Positions 49,401-64,000 of a DNA stretch of 64,000 nt are shown piece by piece. The notes beneath the pieces are model-generated. The model ran no database searches and was not told where the DNA came from. It saw only the letters and a program-made list of their open reading frames with translations. Location: positions 806,992,001-807,056,000 of the forward strand of contig NW_027362764.1 of assembly GCF_046119375.1 (NCBI RefSeq), in the 5' to 3' direction. Within the stretch, counting starts at the first letter, position 1, and the number at the start of each line of letters is the position of its first letter. The translations under genes were made by a program, and so were the position numbers. This stretch comes from Phyllobates terribilis (Eukaryota).

Positions 49401-52400
49401 CAGTCCTATGTAACACCACAGATAACACAGTGATAACTCTCTGGGTACAGATAATGTAGTAGATGTCACCTGCAGTCCTATGTAACACCACAGATAACAC
49501 AGTGATATCTCTCTGAGTACAGATAATGTAGTAGATGTCACCTGCAGTCCTATGTAACACCACAGATAACACACTGATAACTCTCTGAGTACAGATAATG
49601 TAGTAGATGTCACCTGCGGTCCTATGTAACACCACAGATAACACTGTGATAACTCTCTGAGTACAGATAATGTAGTAGATGTCACCTGCAGTCCTATGTA
49701 ACACCACAGATAACACACTGATAACTCTCTGAGTACAGATAATGTAGTAGATGTCACCTGCAGTCCTATGTAACACCACAGATAACACAGTGATAACTCT
49801 CTGGGTACAGATAATGTAGTAGATGTCACCTGCAGTCCTATGTAACACCACAGATAACACAGTGATAACTCTGAGCACAGATAATGTAGTAGATGTTACC
49901 TGCAGTCCTATGTAACACCACAGATAACACAATGATAACTCTCTGAGTACAGATAATGTAGTAGATGTCACCTGCAGTCCTATGTAACACCACAGATAAC
50001 ACAGTGATAACTCTCTGAGTACAGATAATGTAGTAGATGTCACCTGCAGTCCTATGTAACACCACAGATAACACAGTGATAACTCTCTGAGTACAGATAA
50101 TGTAGTAGATATCACCTGCAGTCCTATGCAACACCACAGATAACACAGTGATTGCTCTCTGAGTACAGATAATGTAGTAGATGTCACCTGCAGTCCTATG
50201 TAACACTACAGATAACACAGTGATAACTCTCTGAGTACAGATAATGTAGTAGATGTCACCTGCAGTCCTATGTAACACCACAGATAACACAGTGATAACT
50301 CTCTGAGTACAGATAATGTAGTAGATGTCACCTGCAGTCCTATGTAACACCACAGATAACACAGTGATAAATCTGAGTACAGATAATGTAGTAGATGTCA
50401 CCTGCAGTCCTATGTAACACCACAGATAACACAGTGATAACTCTCTGAGTACAGATAATGTAGTAGATGTCACCTGCAGTCCTATGTAACACCACAGATA
50501 ACACAGTGATAAATCTGAGTACAGATAATGTAGTAGATGTCACCTGCAATCCTATGTAACACCACAGATAGCACAGTGATAACTCTCTGAGTACAGATAA
50601 TGTAGTAGATGTCACCTGCAGTCCTATGTAACACCACAGATAACACAGTGATAACTCTGAGTACAGATAATGTAGTAGATGTCACCTGCAGTCCTATGAA
50701 ACACCACAGATAACACAGTGATAACTCTCTGAGTACAGATAATGTAGTAGATGTCACCTACAGTCCTATGTAACACCACAGATAACACAGTGATAACTCT
50801 GAGTACAGATAATGTAGTAGATGTCGCCTGCAGTCCTATGTAACACTACAGATAACACAGTGATAACTCTGAGTACAGATAATGTAGTAGATGTCACCTG
50901 CAGTCCTATGTAACACCACAGATAACACAGTGATAACTCTCTGAGTACAGATAATGTAGTAGATGTCACCTGCAGTCCTATGTAACACCACAGATAACAG
51001 TGATAACTCTGAGTACAGATAATGTAGTAGATGTCACCTACAGTCCTATGTAACACCACAGATAACACAGTGATAACTCTGAGTACAGATAATGTAGTAG
51101 ATGTCTCCTGCAGTCCTATGTAACACCACAGATAACACAGTGATAACTCTCTGAGTACAGATAATGTAGTAGATGTCACCTGCAGTCCTATGTAACACCA
51201 CAGATAACACAGTGATAACTCTCTGAGTACAGATAATGTAGTAGATGTCACCTGCAGTCCTATGTAACACCACAGATAACACAGTGATAAATCTGAGTAC
51301 AGATAATGTAGTAGATGTCACCTGCAGTCCTATGTAACACCACAGATAGCACAGTGATAACTCTCTGAGTACAGATAATGTAGTAGATGTCACCTGCAGT
51401 CCTATGTAACACCACAGATAACACAGTGATAACTCTGAGTACAGATAATGTAGTAGATGTCACCTGCAGTCCTATGTAACACCACAGATAACACAGTGAT
51501 AACTCTCTGAGTACAGATAATGTAGTAGATGTCACCTACAGTCCTATGTAACACCACAGATAACACAGTGATGACTCTCTGAGTACAGATAATGTAGTAG
51601 ATGTCACCTGCAGTCCTATGTAACACCACAGATAACATAGTGATAAATCTGAGTACTGATAATGTAGTAGATGTCACCTGCAGTCCTATGTAACACCACA
51701 GATAACACAGTGATAACTCTGAGTACAGATAATGTAGTAGATGTCACCTGCAGTCCTATGTAACACCACAGATAACACAGTGATAACTCTCTGAGTACAG
51801 ATAATGTAGTAGATGTCACCTACAGTCCTATGTAACACCACAGATAACACAGTGATGACTCTCTGAGTACAGATAATGTAGTAGATGTCACCTGCAGTCC
51901 TATGTAACACCACAGATAACATAGTGATAAATCTGAGTACTGATAATGTAGTAGATGTCACCTGCAGTCCTATGTAACACCACAGATAACACAGTGATAA
52001 CTCTGAGTACAGATAATGTAGTAGATGTCACCTGCAGTCCTATGTAACACCACAGATAACACAGTGATAACTCTCTGAGTACAGATAATGTAGTAGATGT
52101 CACCTACAGTCCTATGTAACACCACAGATAACACAGTGATAACTCTGAGTACAGATAATGTAGTAGATGTCACCTGCAGTCCTATGTAACACCACAGATA
52201 ACATAGTGATAACTCTGAGTACAGATAATGTAGTAGATGTCACCTGCAGTCCTATGTAACACCACAGATAACACAGTGATATCTCTCTGAGTACAGATAA
52301 TGTAGTAGATGTCACCTGCAGTCCTATGTAACACCACAGATAACACAGTGATAACTCTCTGAGTTCAGATAATGAAGTAGATGTCACCTGCAGTCCTATG

Positions 52401-55400
52401 TAACACCACAGATAACACAGTGATAACTCTCTGAGTACAGATAATGTAGTAGATGTCACCTGCAGTCCTATGTAACACCACAGATAACACAGTGATAACT
52501 CTCTGAGTACAGATAATGGAGTAGATGTCACCTGCAGTCCTATGTAACACCACAGATAACACAGTGATAACTCTCTGAGTACAGATAATGTAGTAGATGT
52601 CACCTGCAGTCCTATGTAACACCACAGATAACACAGTGATAACTCCCTGAGTACAGATAATGTAGTAGATGTCACCTGCAGTCCTATGTAACTCCACAAA
52701 TAACACAGTGATAACTCTCTGAGTACAGATAATGTAGTAGATGTCACCTGCAGTCCTATGTAACTCCACAAATAACACAGTGATAACTCTCTGAGTACAG
52801 ATAATGTAGTAGATGTCACCTGCAGTCCTATGTAACACCACAGATAACACAGTGATAACTCTCTGAGTACAGATAATGTAGTAGATGTCACCTGCAGTCC
52901 TATGTAACACCACAGAGAACACAGTGATAACTCTCTGAGTACAGATAATGTAGTAGGTGTCACCTGCAGTCCTATGTAACACCACAGATAACACAGTGAT
53001 AACTCTCCGAGTACAGATAATGTAGTAGATGTCACCTGCAGTCTTATGTAACACCACAGATAACATAGTGATAACTCTCTGAGTACAGATAATGTAGTAG
53101 ATGTCACCTGCAGTCCTATGTAACACCACAGATAACACAGTGATAACTCTCTGAGTACAGATAATGTAGTAGGTGTCACCTGCAGTCCTATGTAACACCA
53201 CAGATAACACAGTGATAACTCTCTGAGTACAGATAATGTAGTAGATGTCACCTGCAGTCCTATGTAACACCACAGATAACATAGTGATAACTCTCTGAGT
53301 ACAGATAATGTAGTAGATGTCACCTGCAGTCCTATGTAACACCACAGATAACACAGTGATAACTCTCTGAGTACAGATAATGGAGTAGATGTCACCTGCA
53401 GTCCTATGTAACACCACAGATAACACAGTGATAACTCTCTGAGTACAGATAATGTAGTAGATGTCACCAGCAGTCCTATGTAACACCACAGATAACACAG
53501 TGATAACTCTGAGTACAGATAATGTAGTAGATGTCACCTGCAGTCCTATGTAACACCACAGATAACACAGTGATAACTCTCTGAATACAGATAATGTAGT
53601 AGATGTCACCTGCAGTCCTATGTAACACTACAGATAACACCGTGATAACTCTCTGAGTACAGATAATGTAGTAGATGTCACCCGCAGTCCTATGTAACAC
53701 CACAGATAACACAGTGATAACTCTCTGAGTACAGATAATGTAGTAGATGTCACCCGCAGTCCTATGTAACACCACAGATAACACAGTGATAACTCTCTGA
53801 GTACAGATAATGTGGTAGATGTCATCTGCAGTCCTATGTAACACCACAGATAACACAGTGATAACTCTCTGAGTACAGATAATGTAGTAGATGTCACCTG
53901 CAGTCCTATGTAACACCACAGATAACACAGTGATAACTCTGAGTACAGATAATGTAGTAGATGTCACCTGCAGTCCTATGTAACACCACAGATAACACAG
54001 TGATAACTCTCTGAGTACAGATAATGTAGTAGATGTCACCTGCAGTCCTATGTAACACCACAGATAACACAGTGATAACTCTCTGAGTACAGATAATGTA
54101 GTAGATGTCACCTGCAGTCCTATGTAACACCACAGATAACACAGTGATAACTCTCTGAATACAGATAATGTAGTAGATGTCACCTGCAGTCCTATGTAAC
54201 ACTACAGATAACACCGTGATAACTCTGAGTACAGATAATGGAGTAGATGTCACCAGCAGTCCTATGTAACACCACAGATAACACAGTGATAACTCTCTGA
54301 GTACAGATAATGTAGTAGATGTCACCTGCAGTCCTATGTAACACCACAGATAACACAGTGATAACTCTGAGTACAGATAATGGAGTAGATGTCACCTGCA
54401 GTCCTATGTAACACCACAGATAACACAGTGATAACTTTCTGAGTACAGATAATGGAGTAGATGTCATCTGCAGTCCTATGTAACACCACAGATAACACAG
54501 TGATAACTCTGAGTACAGATAATGGAGTAGATGTCACCTGCAGTCCTATGTAACACCACAGATAACACAGTGATAACTCTCTGAGTACAGATAATGTAGT
54601 AGGTGTCACCTGCAGTCTTATGTAACACCACAGATAACATAGTGATAACTCTCTGAGTACAGATAATGTAGTAGATGTCACCTGCAGTCCTATGTAACAC
54701 CACAGATAACACAGTGATAACTCTCTGAGTACAGATAATGGAGTAGATGTCACCTGCAGTCCTATGTAACACCACAGATAACACAGTGATAACTCTCTGA
54801 GTACAGATAATGGAGTAGATGTCACCTGCAGTCCTATGTAACACCACAGATAACACAGTGATAACTCTCTGAGTACAGATAATGTAGTAGATGTCACCAG
54901 CAGTCCTATGTAACACCACAGATAACACAGTGATAACTCTGAGTACAGATAATGTAGTAGATGTCACCTGCAGTCCTATGTAACACCACAGATAACACAG
55001 TGATAACTCTCTGAATACAGATAATGTAGTAGATGTCACCTGCAGTCCTATGTAACACTACAGATAACACCGTGATAACTCTCTGAGTACAGATAATGTA
55101 GTAGATGTCACCCGCAGTCCTATGTAACACCACAGATAACACAGTGATAACTCTCTGAGTACAGATAATGTGGTAGATGTCATCTGCAGTCCTATGTAAC
55201 ACCACAGATAACACAGTGATAACTCTCTGAGTACAGATAATGTAGTAGATGTCACCTGCAGTCCTATGTAACACCACAGATAACACAGTGATAACTCTGA
55301 GTACAGATAATGTAGTAGATGTCACCTGCAGTCCTATGTAACACCACAGATAACACAGTGATAACTCTCTGAGTACAGATAATGTAGTAGATGTCACCTG

Positions 55401-58400
55401 CAGTCCTATGTAACACCACAGATAACACAGTGATAACTCTCTGAGCACAGATAATGTAGTAGATGTCACCTGCAGTCCTATGTAACACCACAGATAACAC
55501 AGTGATAACTCTCTGAGTACAGATAATGTAGTAGATGTCACCTGCAGTCCTATGTAACACCACAGATAACACAGTGATAACTCTCTGAATACAGATAATG
55601 TAGTAGATGTCACCTGCAGTCCTATGTAACACTACAGATAACACCGTGATAACTCTGAGTACAGATAATGGAGTAGATGTCACCAGCAGTCCTATGTAAC
55701 ACCACAGATAACACAGTGATAACTCTCTGAGTACAGATAATGTAGTAGATGTCACCTGCAGTCCTATGTAACACCACAGATAACACAGTGATAACTCTGA
55801 GTACAGATAATGGAGTAGATGTCACCTGCAGTCCTATGTAACACCACAGATAGCACAGTGATAACTCTCTGAGTACAGATAATGTAGTAGATGTCACCTG
55901 CAGTCCTATGTAACTCCACAGATACCACAGTGATAACTCTCTGAGTACAGATAATGTAGTAGATGTCACCTGCAGTCCTATGTAACACCACAGATAACAC
56001 AGTGATAACTCTCTGAGTACAGATAATGTAGTAGATGTCACCTGCAGTCCTATGTAACACCACAGATAACACAGTGATAACTCTGAGTACAGATAATGTA
56101 GTAGATGTCACCTGCAGTCCTATGTAACACCACAGATAACACAGTGATAACTCTCTGAGTACAGATAATGTAGTAGATGTCACCTGCAGTCCTATGTAAC
56201 ACCACAGATAACACAGTGATAACTCTCTGAGCACAGATAATGTAGTAGATGTCACCTGCAGTCCTATGTAACACCACAGATAACACAGTGATAACTCTCT
56301 GAGTACAGATAATGTAGTAGATGTCACCTGCAGTCCTATGTAACACCACAGATAACACAGTGATAACTCTCTGAATACAGATAATGTAGTAGATGTCACC
56401 TGCAGTCCTATGTAACACTACAGATAACACTGTGATAACTCTGAGTACAGATAATGGAGTAGATGTCACCAGCAGTCCTATGTAACACCACAGATAACAC
56501 AGTGATAACTCTCTGAGTACAGATAATGTAGTAGATGTCACCTGCAGTCCTATGTAACACCACAGATAACACAGTGATAAATCTGAGTACAGATAATGTA
56601 GTAGATGTCACCTGCAGTCCTATGTAACACCACAGATAGCACAGTGATAACTCTCTGAGTACAGATAATGTAGTAGATGTCATCTGCAGTCCTATGTAAC
56701 ACCACAGATAACACAGAGATAACTCTGAGTACAGATAATGTAGTAGATGTCACCTGCAGTCCTATGTAACACCACAGATAACACAGTGATAACTCTCTGA
56801 GTACAGATAATGTAGTAGATGTCACCTACAGTCCTATGTAACACCACAGATAACACAGTGATGACTCTCTGAGTACAGATAATGTAGTAGATGTCACCTG
56901 CAGTCCTATGTAACACCACAGATAACATAGTGATAAATCTGAGTACAGATAATGTAGTAGATGTCACCTGCAGTCCTATGTAACACCACAGATAGCACAG
57001 TGATAACTCTCTGAGTACAGATAATGTAGTAGATGTCACCTACAGTCCTATGTAACACCACAGATAACACAGTGATAACTCTCTGAGTACAGATAATGTA
57101 GTAGATGTCACCTGCAGTCCTATGTAACACCACAGATAACACAGTGATAACTCTGAGTACAGATAATGTAGTAGATGTCACCTGCAGTCCTATGTAACAC
57201 CACAGATAACACAGTGATAACTCTCTGAGTACAGATAATGTAGTAGATGTCACCTACAGTCCTATGTAACACCACAGATAACACAGTGATAACTCTGAGT
57301 ACAGATAATGTAGTAGATGTCACCTGCAGTCCTATGTAACACCACAGATAACATAGTGATAACTCTGAGTACAGATAATGTAGTAGATGTCACCTGCAGT
57401 CCTATGTAACACCACAGATAACACAGTGATATCTCTCTGAGTACAGATAATGTAGTAGATGTCACCTGCAGTCCTATGTAACACCACAGATAACACAGTG
57501 ATAACTCTCTGAGTTCAGATAATGTAGTAGATGTCACCTGCAGTCCTATGTAACACCACAGATAACACAGTGATAACTCTCTGAGTACAGATAATGTAGT
57601 AGATGTCACCTGCAGTCCTATGTAACACCACAGATAACACAGTGATAACTCTCTGAGTACAGATAATGGAGTAGATGTCACCTGCAGTCCTATGTAACAC
57701 CACAGATAACACAGTGATAACTCTCTGAGTACAGATAATGTAGTAGATGTCACCTGCAGTCCTATGTAACACCACAGATAACACAGTGATAACTCCCTGA
57801 GTACAGATAATGTAGTAGATGTCACCTGCAGTCCTATGTAACTCCACAAATAACACAGTGATAACTCTCTGAGTACAGATAATGTAGTAGATGTCACCTG
57901 CAGTCCTATGTAACTCCACAAATAACACAGTGATAACTCTCTGAGTACAGATAATGTAGTAGATGTCACCTGCAGTCCTATGTAACACCACAGATAACAC
58001 AGTGATAACTCTCTGAGTACAGATAATGCAGTAGATGTCACCTGCAGTCCTATGTAACACCACAGATAACACAGTGATAACTCTCTGAGTACAGATAATG
58101 TAGTAGGTGTCACCTGCAGTCTTATGTAACACCACAGATAACATAGTGATAACTCTCTGAGTACAGATAATGTAGTAGATGTCACCTGCAGTCCTATGTA
58201 ACACCACAGATAACACAGTGATAACTCTCTGAGTACAGATAATGGAGTAGATGTCACCTGCAGTCCTATGTAACACCACAGATAACACAGTGATAACTCT
58301 CTGAGTACAGATAATGGAGTAGATGTCACCTGCAGTCCTATGTAACACCACAGATAACACAGTGATAACTCTCTGAGTACAGATAATGTAGTAGATGTCA

Positions 58401-61400
58401 CCAGCAGTCCTATGTAACACCACAGATAACACAGTGATAACTCTGAGTACAGATAATGTAGTAGATGTCACCTGCAGTCCTATGTAACACCACAGATAAC
58501 ACAGTGATAACTCTCTGAATACAGATAATGTAGTAGATGTCACCTGCAGTCCTATGTAACACCACAGATAACACAGTGATAACTCCCTGAGTACAGATAA
58601 TGTAGTAGATGTCACCTGCAGTCCTATGTAACTCCACAAATAACACAGTGATAACTCTCTGAGTACAGATAATGTAGTAGATGTCACCTGCAGTCCTATG
58701 TAACTCCACAAATAACACAGTGATAACTCTCTGAGTACAGATAATGTAGTAGATGTCACCTGCAGTCCTATGTAACACCACAGATAACACAGTGATAACT
58801 CTCTGAGTACAGATAATGTAGTAGATGTCACCTGCAGTCCTATGTAACACCACAGATAACACAGTGATAACTCTCTGAGTACAGATAATGTAGTAGGTGT
58901 CACCTGCAGTCTTATGTAACACCACAGATAACATAGTGATAACTCTCTGAGTACAGATAATGTAGTAGATGTCACCTGCAGTCCTATGTAACACCACAGA
59001 TAACACAGTGATAACTCTCTGAGTACAGATAATGGAGTAGATGTCACCTGCAGTCCTATGTAACACCACAGATAACACAGTGATAACTCTCTGAGTACAG
59101 ATAATGTAGTAGATGTCACCAGCAGTCCTATGTAACACCACAGATAACACAGTGATAACTCTGAGTACAGATAATGTAGTAGATGTCACCTGCAGTCCTA
59201 TGTAACACCACAGATAACACAGTGATAACTCTCTGAATACAGATAATGTAGTAGATGTCACCTGCAGTCCTATGTAACACTACAGATAACACCGTGATAA
59301 CTCTCTGAGTACAGATAATGTAGTAGATGTCACCCGCAGTCCTATGTAACACCACAGATAACACAGTGATAACTCTCTGAGTACAGATAATGTAGTAGAT
59401 GTCACCCGCAGTCCTATGTAACACCACAGATAACACAGTGATAACTCTCTGAGTACAGATAATGTGGTAGATGTCATCTGCAGTCCTATGTAACACCACA
59501 GATAACACAGTGATAACTCTCTGAGTACAGATAATGTAGTAGATGTCACCTGCAGTCCTATGTAACACCACAGATAACACAGTGATAACTCTGAGTACAG
59601 ATAATGTAGTAGATGTCACCTGCAGTCCTATGTAACACCACAGATAACACAGTGATAACTCTCTGAGTACAGATAATGTAGTAGATGTCACCTGCAGTCC
59701 TATGTAACACCACAGATAACACAGTGATAACTCTCTGAGCACAGATAATGTAGTAGATGTCACCTGCAGTCCTATGTAACACCACAGATAACACAGTGAT
59801 AACTCTCTGAGTACAGATAATGTAGTAGATGTCACCTGCAGTCCTATGTAACACCACAGATAACACAGTGATAACTCTCTGAATACAGATAATGTAGTAG
59901 ATGTCACCTGCAGTCCTATGTAACACTACAGATAACACCGTGATAACTCTGAGTACAGATAATGGAGTAGATGTCACCAGCAGTCCTATGTAACACCACA
60001 GATAACACAGTGATAACTCTCTGAGTACAGATAATGTAGTAGATGTAACCTGCAGTCCTATGTAACACCACAGATAACACAGTGATAACTCTGAGTACAG
60101 ATAATGGAGTAGATGTCACCTGCAGTCCTATGTAACACCACAGATAACACAGTGATAACTTTCTGAGTACAGATAATGGAGTAGATGTCATCTGCAGTCC
60201 TATGTAACACCACAGATAACACAGTGATAACTCTGAGTACAGATAATGGAGTAGATGTCACCTGCAGTCCTATGTAACACCACAGATAACACAGTGATAA
60301 CTCTCTGAGTACAGATAATGTAGTAGGTGTCACCTGCAGTCTTATGTAACACCACAGATAACATAGTGATAACTCTCTGAGTACAGATAATGTAGTAGAT
60401 GTCACCTGCAGTCCTATGTAACACCACAGATAACACAGTGATAACTCTCTGAGTACAGATAATGGAGTAGATGTCACCTGCAGTCCTATGTAACACCACA
60501 GATAACACAGTGATAACTCTCTGAGTACAGATAATGGAGTAGATGTCACCTGCAGTCCTATGTAACACCACAGATAACACAGTGATAACTCTCTGAGTAC
60601 AGATAATGTAGTAGATGTCACCAGCAGTCCTATGTAACACCACAGATAACACAGTGATAACTCTGAGTACAGATAATGTAGTAGATGTCACCTGCAGTCC
60701 TATGTAACACCACAGATAACACAGTGATAACTCTCTGAATACAGATAATGTAGTAGATGTCACCTGCAGTCCTATGTAACACTACAGATAACACCGTGAT
60801 AACTCTCTGAGTACAGATAATGTAGTAGATGTCACCCGCAGTCCTATGTAACACCACAGATAACACAGTGATAACTCTCTGAGTACAGATAATGTGGTAG
60901 ATGTCATCTGCAGTCCTATGTAACACCACAGATAACACAGTGATAACTTTCTGAGTACAGATAATGTAGTAGATGTCACCTGCAGTCCTATGTAACACCA
61001 CAGATAACACAGTGATAACTCTGAGTACAGATAATGTAGTAGATGTCACCTGCAGTCCTATGTAACACCACAGATAACACAGTGATAACTCTCTGAGTAC
61101 AGATAATGTAGTAGATGTCACCTGCAGTCCTATGTAACACCACAGATAACACAGTGATAACTCTCTGAGCACAGATAATGTAGTAGATGTCACCTGCAGT
61201 CCTATGTAACACCACAGATAACACAGTGATAACTCTCTGAGTACAGATAATGTAGTAGATGTCACCTGCAGTCCTATGTAACACCACAGATAACACAGTG
61301 ATAACTCTCTGAATACAGATAATGTAGTAGATGTCACCTGCAGTCCTATGTAACACCACAGATAACACAGTGATAACTCTGAGTACAGATAATGGAGTAG

Positions 61401-64000
61401 ATGTCACCAGCAGTCCTATGTAACATCACAGATAACACAGTGATAACTCTCTGAGTACAGATAATGTAGTAGATGTCACCTGCAGTCCTATGTAACACCA
61501 CAGATAACACAGTGATAAATCTGAGTACAGATAATGTAGTAGATGTCACCTGCAGTCCTATGTAACACCACAGATAGCACAGTGATAACTCTCTGAGTAC
61601 AGATAATGTAGTAGATGTCACCTGCAGTCCTATGTAACACTACAGATAACACCGTGATAACTCTGAGTACAGATAATGGAGTAGATGTCACCAGCAGTCC
61701 TATGTAACACCACAGATAACACAGTGATAACTCTCTGAGTACAGATAATGTAGTAGATGTCACCTGCAGTCCTATGTAACACCACAGATAACACAGTGAT
61801 AAATCTGAGTACAGATAATGTAGTAGATGTCACCTGCAGTCCTATGTAACACCACAGATAGCACAGTGATAACTCTCTGAGTACAGATAATGTAGTAGAT
61901 GTCACCTGCAGTCCTATGTAACACCACAGATAACACAGTGATAACTCTGAGTACAGATAATGTAGTAGATGTCACCTGCAGTCCTATGTAACACCACAGA
62001 TAACACAGTGATAACTCTCTGAGTACAGATAATGTAGTAGATGTCACCTACAGTCCTATGTAACACCACAGATAACACAGTGATGACTCTCTGAGTACAG
62101 ATAATGTAGTAGATGTCACCTGCAGTCCTATGTAACACCACAGATAACATAGTGATAAATCTGAGTACAGATAATGTAGTAGATGTCACCTGCAGTCCTA
62201 TGTAACACCACAGATAGCACAGTGATAACTCTCTGAGTACAGATAATGTAGTAGATGTCACCTGCAGTCCTATGTAACACCACAGATAACACAGTGATAA
62301 CTCTCTGAGTACAGATAATGCAGTAGATGTCACCTACAGTCCTATGTAACACCACAGATAACACAGTGATGACTCTCTGAGTACAGATAATGTAGTAGAT
62401 GTCACCTGCAGTCCTATGTAACACCACAGATAACACAGTGATAACTCTGAGTACAGATAATGTAGTAGATGTCACCTGCAGTCCTATGTAACACCACAGA
62501 TAACACAGTGATAACTCTCTGAGTACAGATAATGTAGTAGATGTCACCTACAGTCCTATGTAACACCACAGATAACACAGTGATAACTCTGAGTACAGAT
62601 AATGTAGTAGATGTCACCTGCAGTCCTATGTAACACCACAGATAACATAGTGATAACTCTGAGTACAGATAATGTAGTAGATGTCACCTGCAGTCCTATG
62701 TAACACCACAGATAACACAGTGATATCTCTCTGAGTACAGATAATGTAGTAGATGTCACCTGCAGTCCTATGTAACACCACAGATAACACAGTGATAACT
62801 CTCTGAGTTCAGATAATGTAGTAGATGTCACCTGCAGTCCTATGTAACACCACAGATAACACAGTGATAACTCTCTGAGTACAGATAATGTAGTAGATGT
62901 CACCTGCAGTCCTATGTAACACCACAGATAACACAGTGATAACTCTCTGAGTACAGATAATGGAGTAGATGTCACCTGCAGTCCTATGTAACACCACAGA
63001 TAACACAGTGATAACTCTCTGAGTACAGATAATGTAGTAGATGTCACCTGCAGTCCTATGTAACACCACAGATAACACAGTGATAACTCCCTGAGTACAG
63101 ATAATGTAGTAGATGTCACCTGCAGTCCTATGTAACTCCACAAATAACACAGTGATAACTCTCTGAGTACAGATAATGTAGTAGATGTCACCTGCAGTCC
63201 TATGTAACTCCACAAATAACACAGTGATAACTCTCTGAGTACAGATAATGTAGTAGATGTCACCTGCAGTCCTATGTAACACCACAGATAACACAGTGAT
63301 AACTCTCTGAGTACAGATAATGTAGTAGATGTCACCTGCAGTCCTATGTAACACCACAGATAACACAGTGATAACTCTCTGAGTACAGATAATGTATTAG
63401 GTGTCACCTGCAGTCTTATGTAACACCACAGATAACATAGTGATAACTCTCTGAGTACAGATAATGTAGTAGATGTCACCTGCAGTCCTATGTAACACCA
63501 CAGATAACACAGTGATAACTCTCTGAGTACAGATAATGGAGTAGATGTCACCTGCAGTCCTATGTAACACCACAGATAACACAGTGATAACTCTCTGAGT
63601 ACAGATAATGGAGTAGATGTCACCTGCAGTCCTATGTAACACCACAGATAACACAGTGATAACTCTCTGAGTACAGATAATGTAGTAGATGTCACCAGCA
63701 GTCCTATGTAACACCACAGATAACACAGTGATAACTCTGAGTACAGATAATGTAGTAGATGTCACCTGCAGTCCTATGTAACACCACAGATAACACAGTG
63801 ATAACTCTCTGAATACAGATAATGTAGTAGATGTCACCTGCAGTCCTATGTAACACTACAGATAACACCGTGATAACTCTCTGAGTACAGATAATGTAGT
63901 AGATGTCACCCGCAGTCCTATGTAACACCACAGATAACACAGTGATAACTCTCTGAGTACAGATAATGTAGTAGATGTCACCCGCAGTCCTATGTAACAC
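46462..64000 (-). repeat. 72-bp tandem satellite, same family as 1-13297 but inverted, about 245 copies, continues past the right window edge
   Basis: The sequence is the reverse complement of the left monomer (GCAGTCCTATGTAACACCACAGATAACACAGTGATAACTCTCTGAGTACAGATAATGTAGTAGATGTCACCT). The same peptide repeats appear on the minus strand. Confidence 0.99.

Noticed and set aside
1-64000. Telomeric (TTAGGG)n, rRNA, tRNA or snRNA genes
   Set aside because: None recognisable on either strand.

Overview
Eukaryotic, repeat-saturated genomic DNA. The repeat and Tc1 families resemble those of anuran (frog) genomes; this is pattern recognition, not a database result. About 80% of the window is tandem repeat. 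A 72-bp satellite occupies both ends in opposite orientation (1-13297 on +, 46462-64000 on -). Between these arrays lie 57-, 26/27-, 27-, 33-, 33-, 86- and 28-bp arrays, an old degenerate AT-rich array, three Tc1/mariner elements (one full-length with a disrupted transposase), a PIF/Harbinger-type MITE, and several short CpG-rich unique islands. No intact protein-coding gene, RNA gene or CRISPR array is supported, and nearly all long ORFs in the track are translations of repeats. The main observations are four. (i) Two adjacent 33-bp minisatellites trace directly to Tc1 transposase coding sequence, each expansion coinciding with loss of the adjoining part of the element. (ii) An 86-bp satellite block sits between exact 38-bp direct repeats of a Tc1 end, implying it was inserted as a block. 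(iii) The 57-bp array carries about 45 co-oriented CTCF-core-like motifs next to a CpG island. (iv) The inverted 72-bp arrays bracket a 33-kb core.
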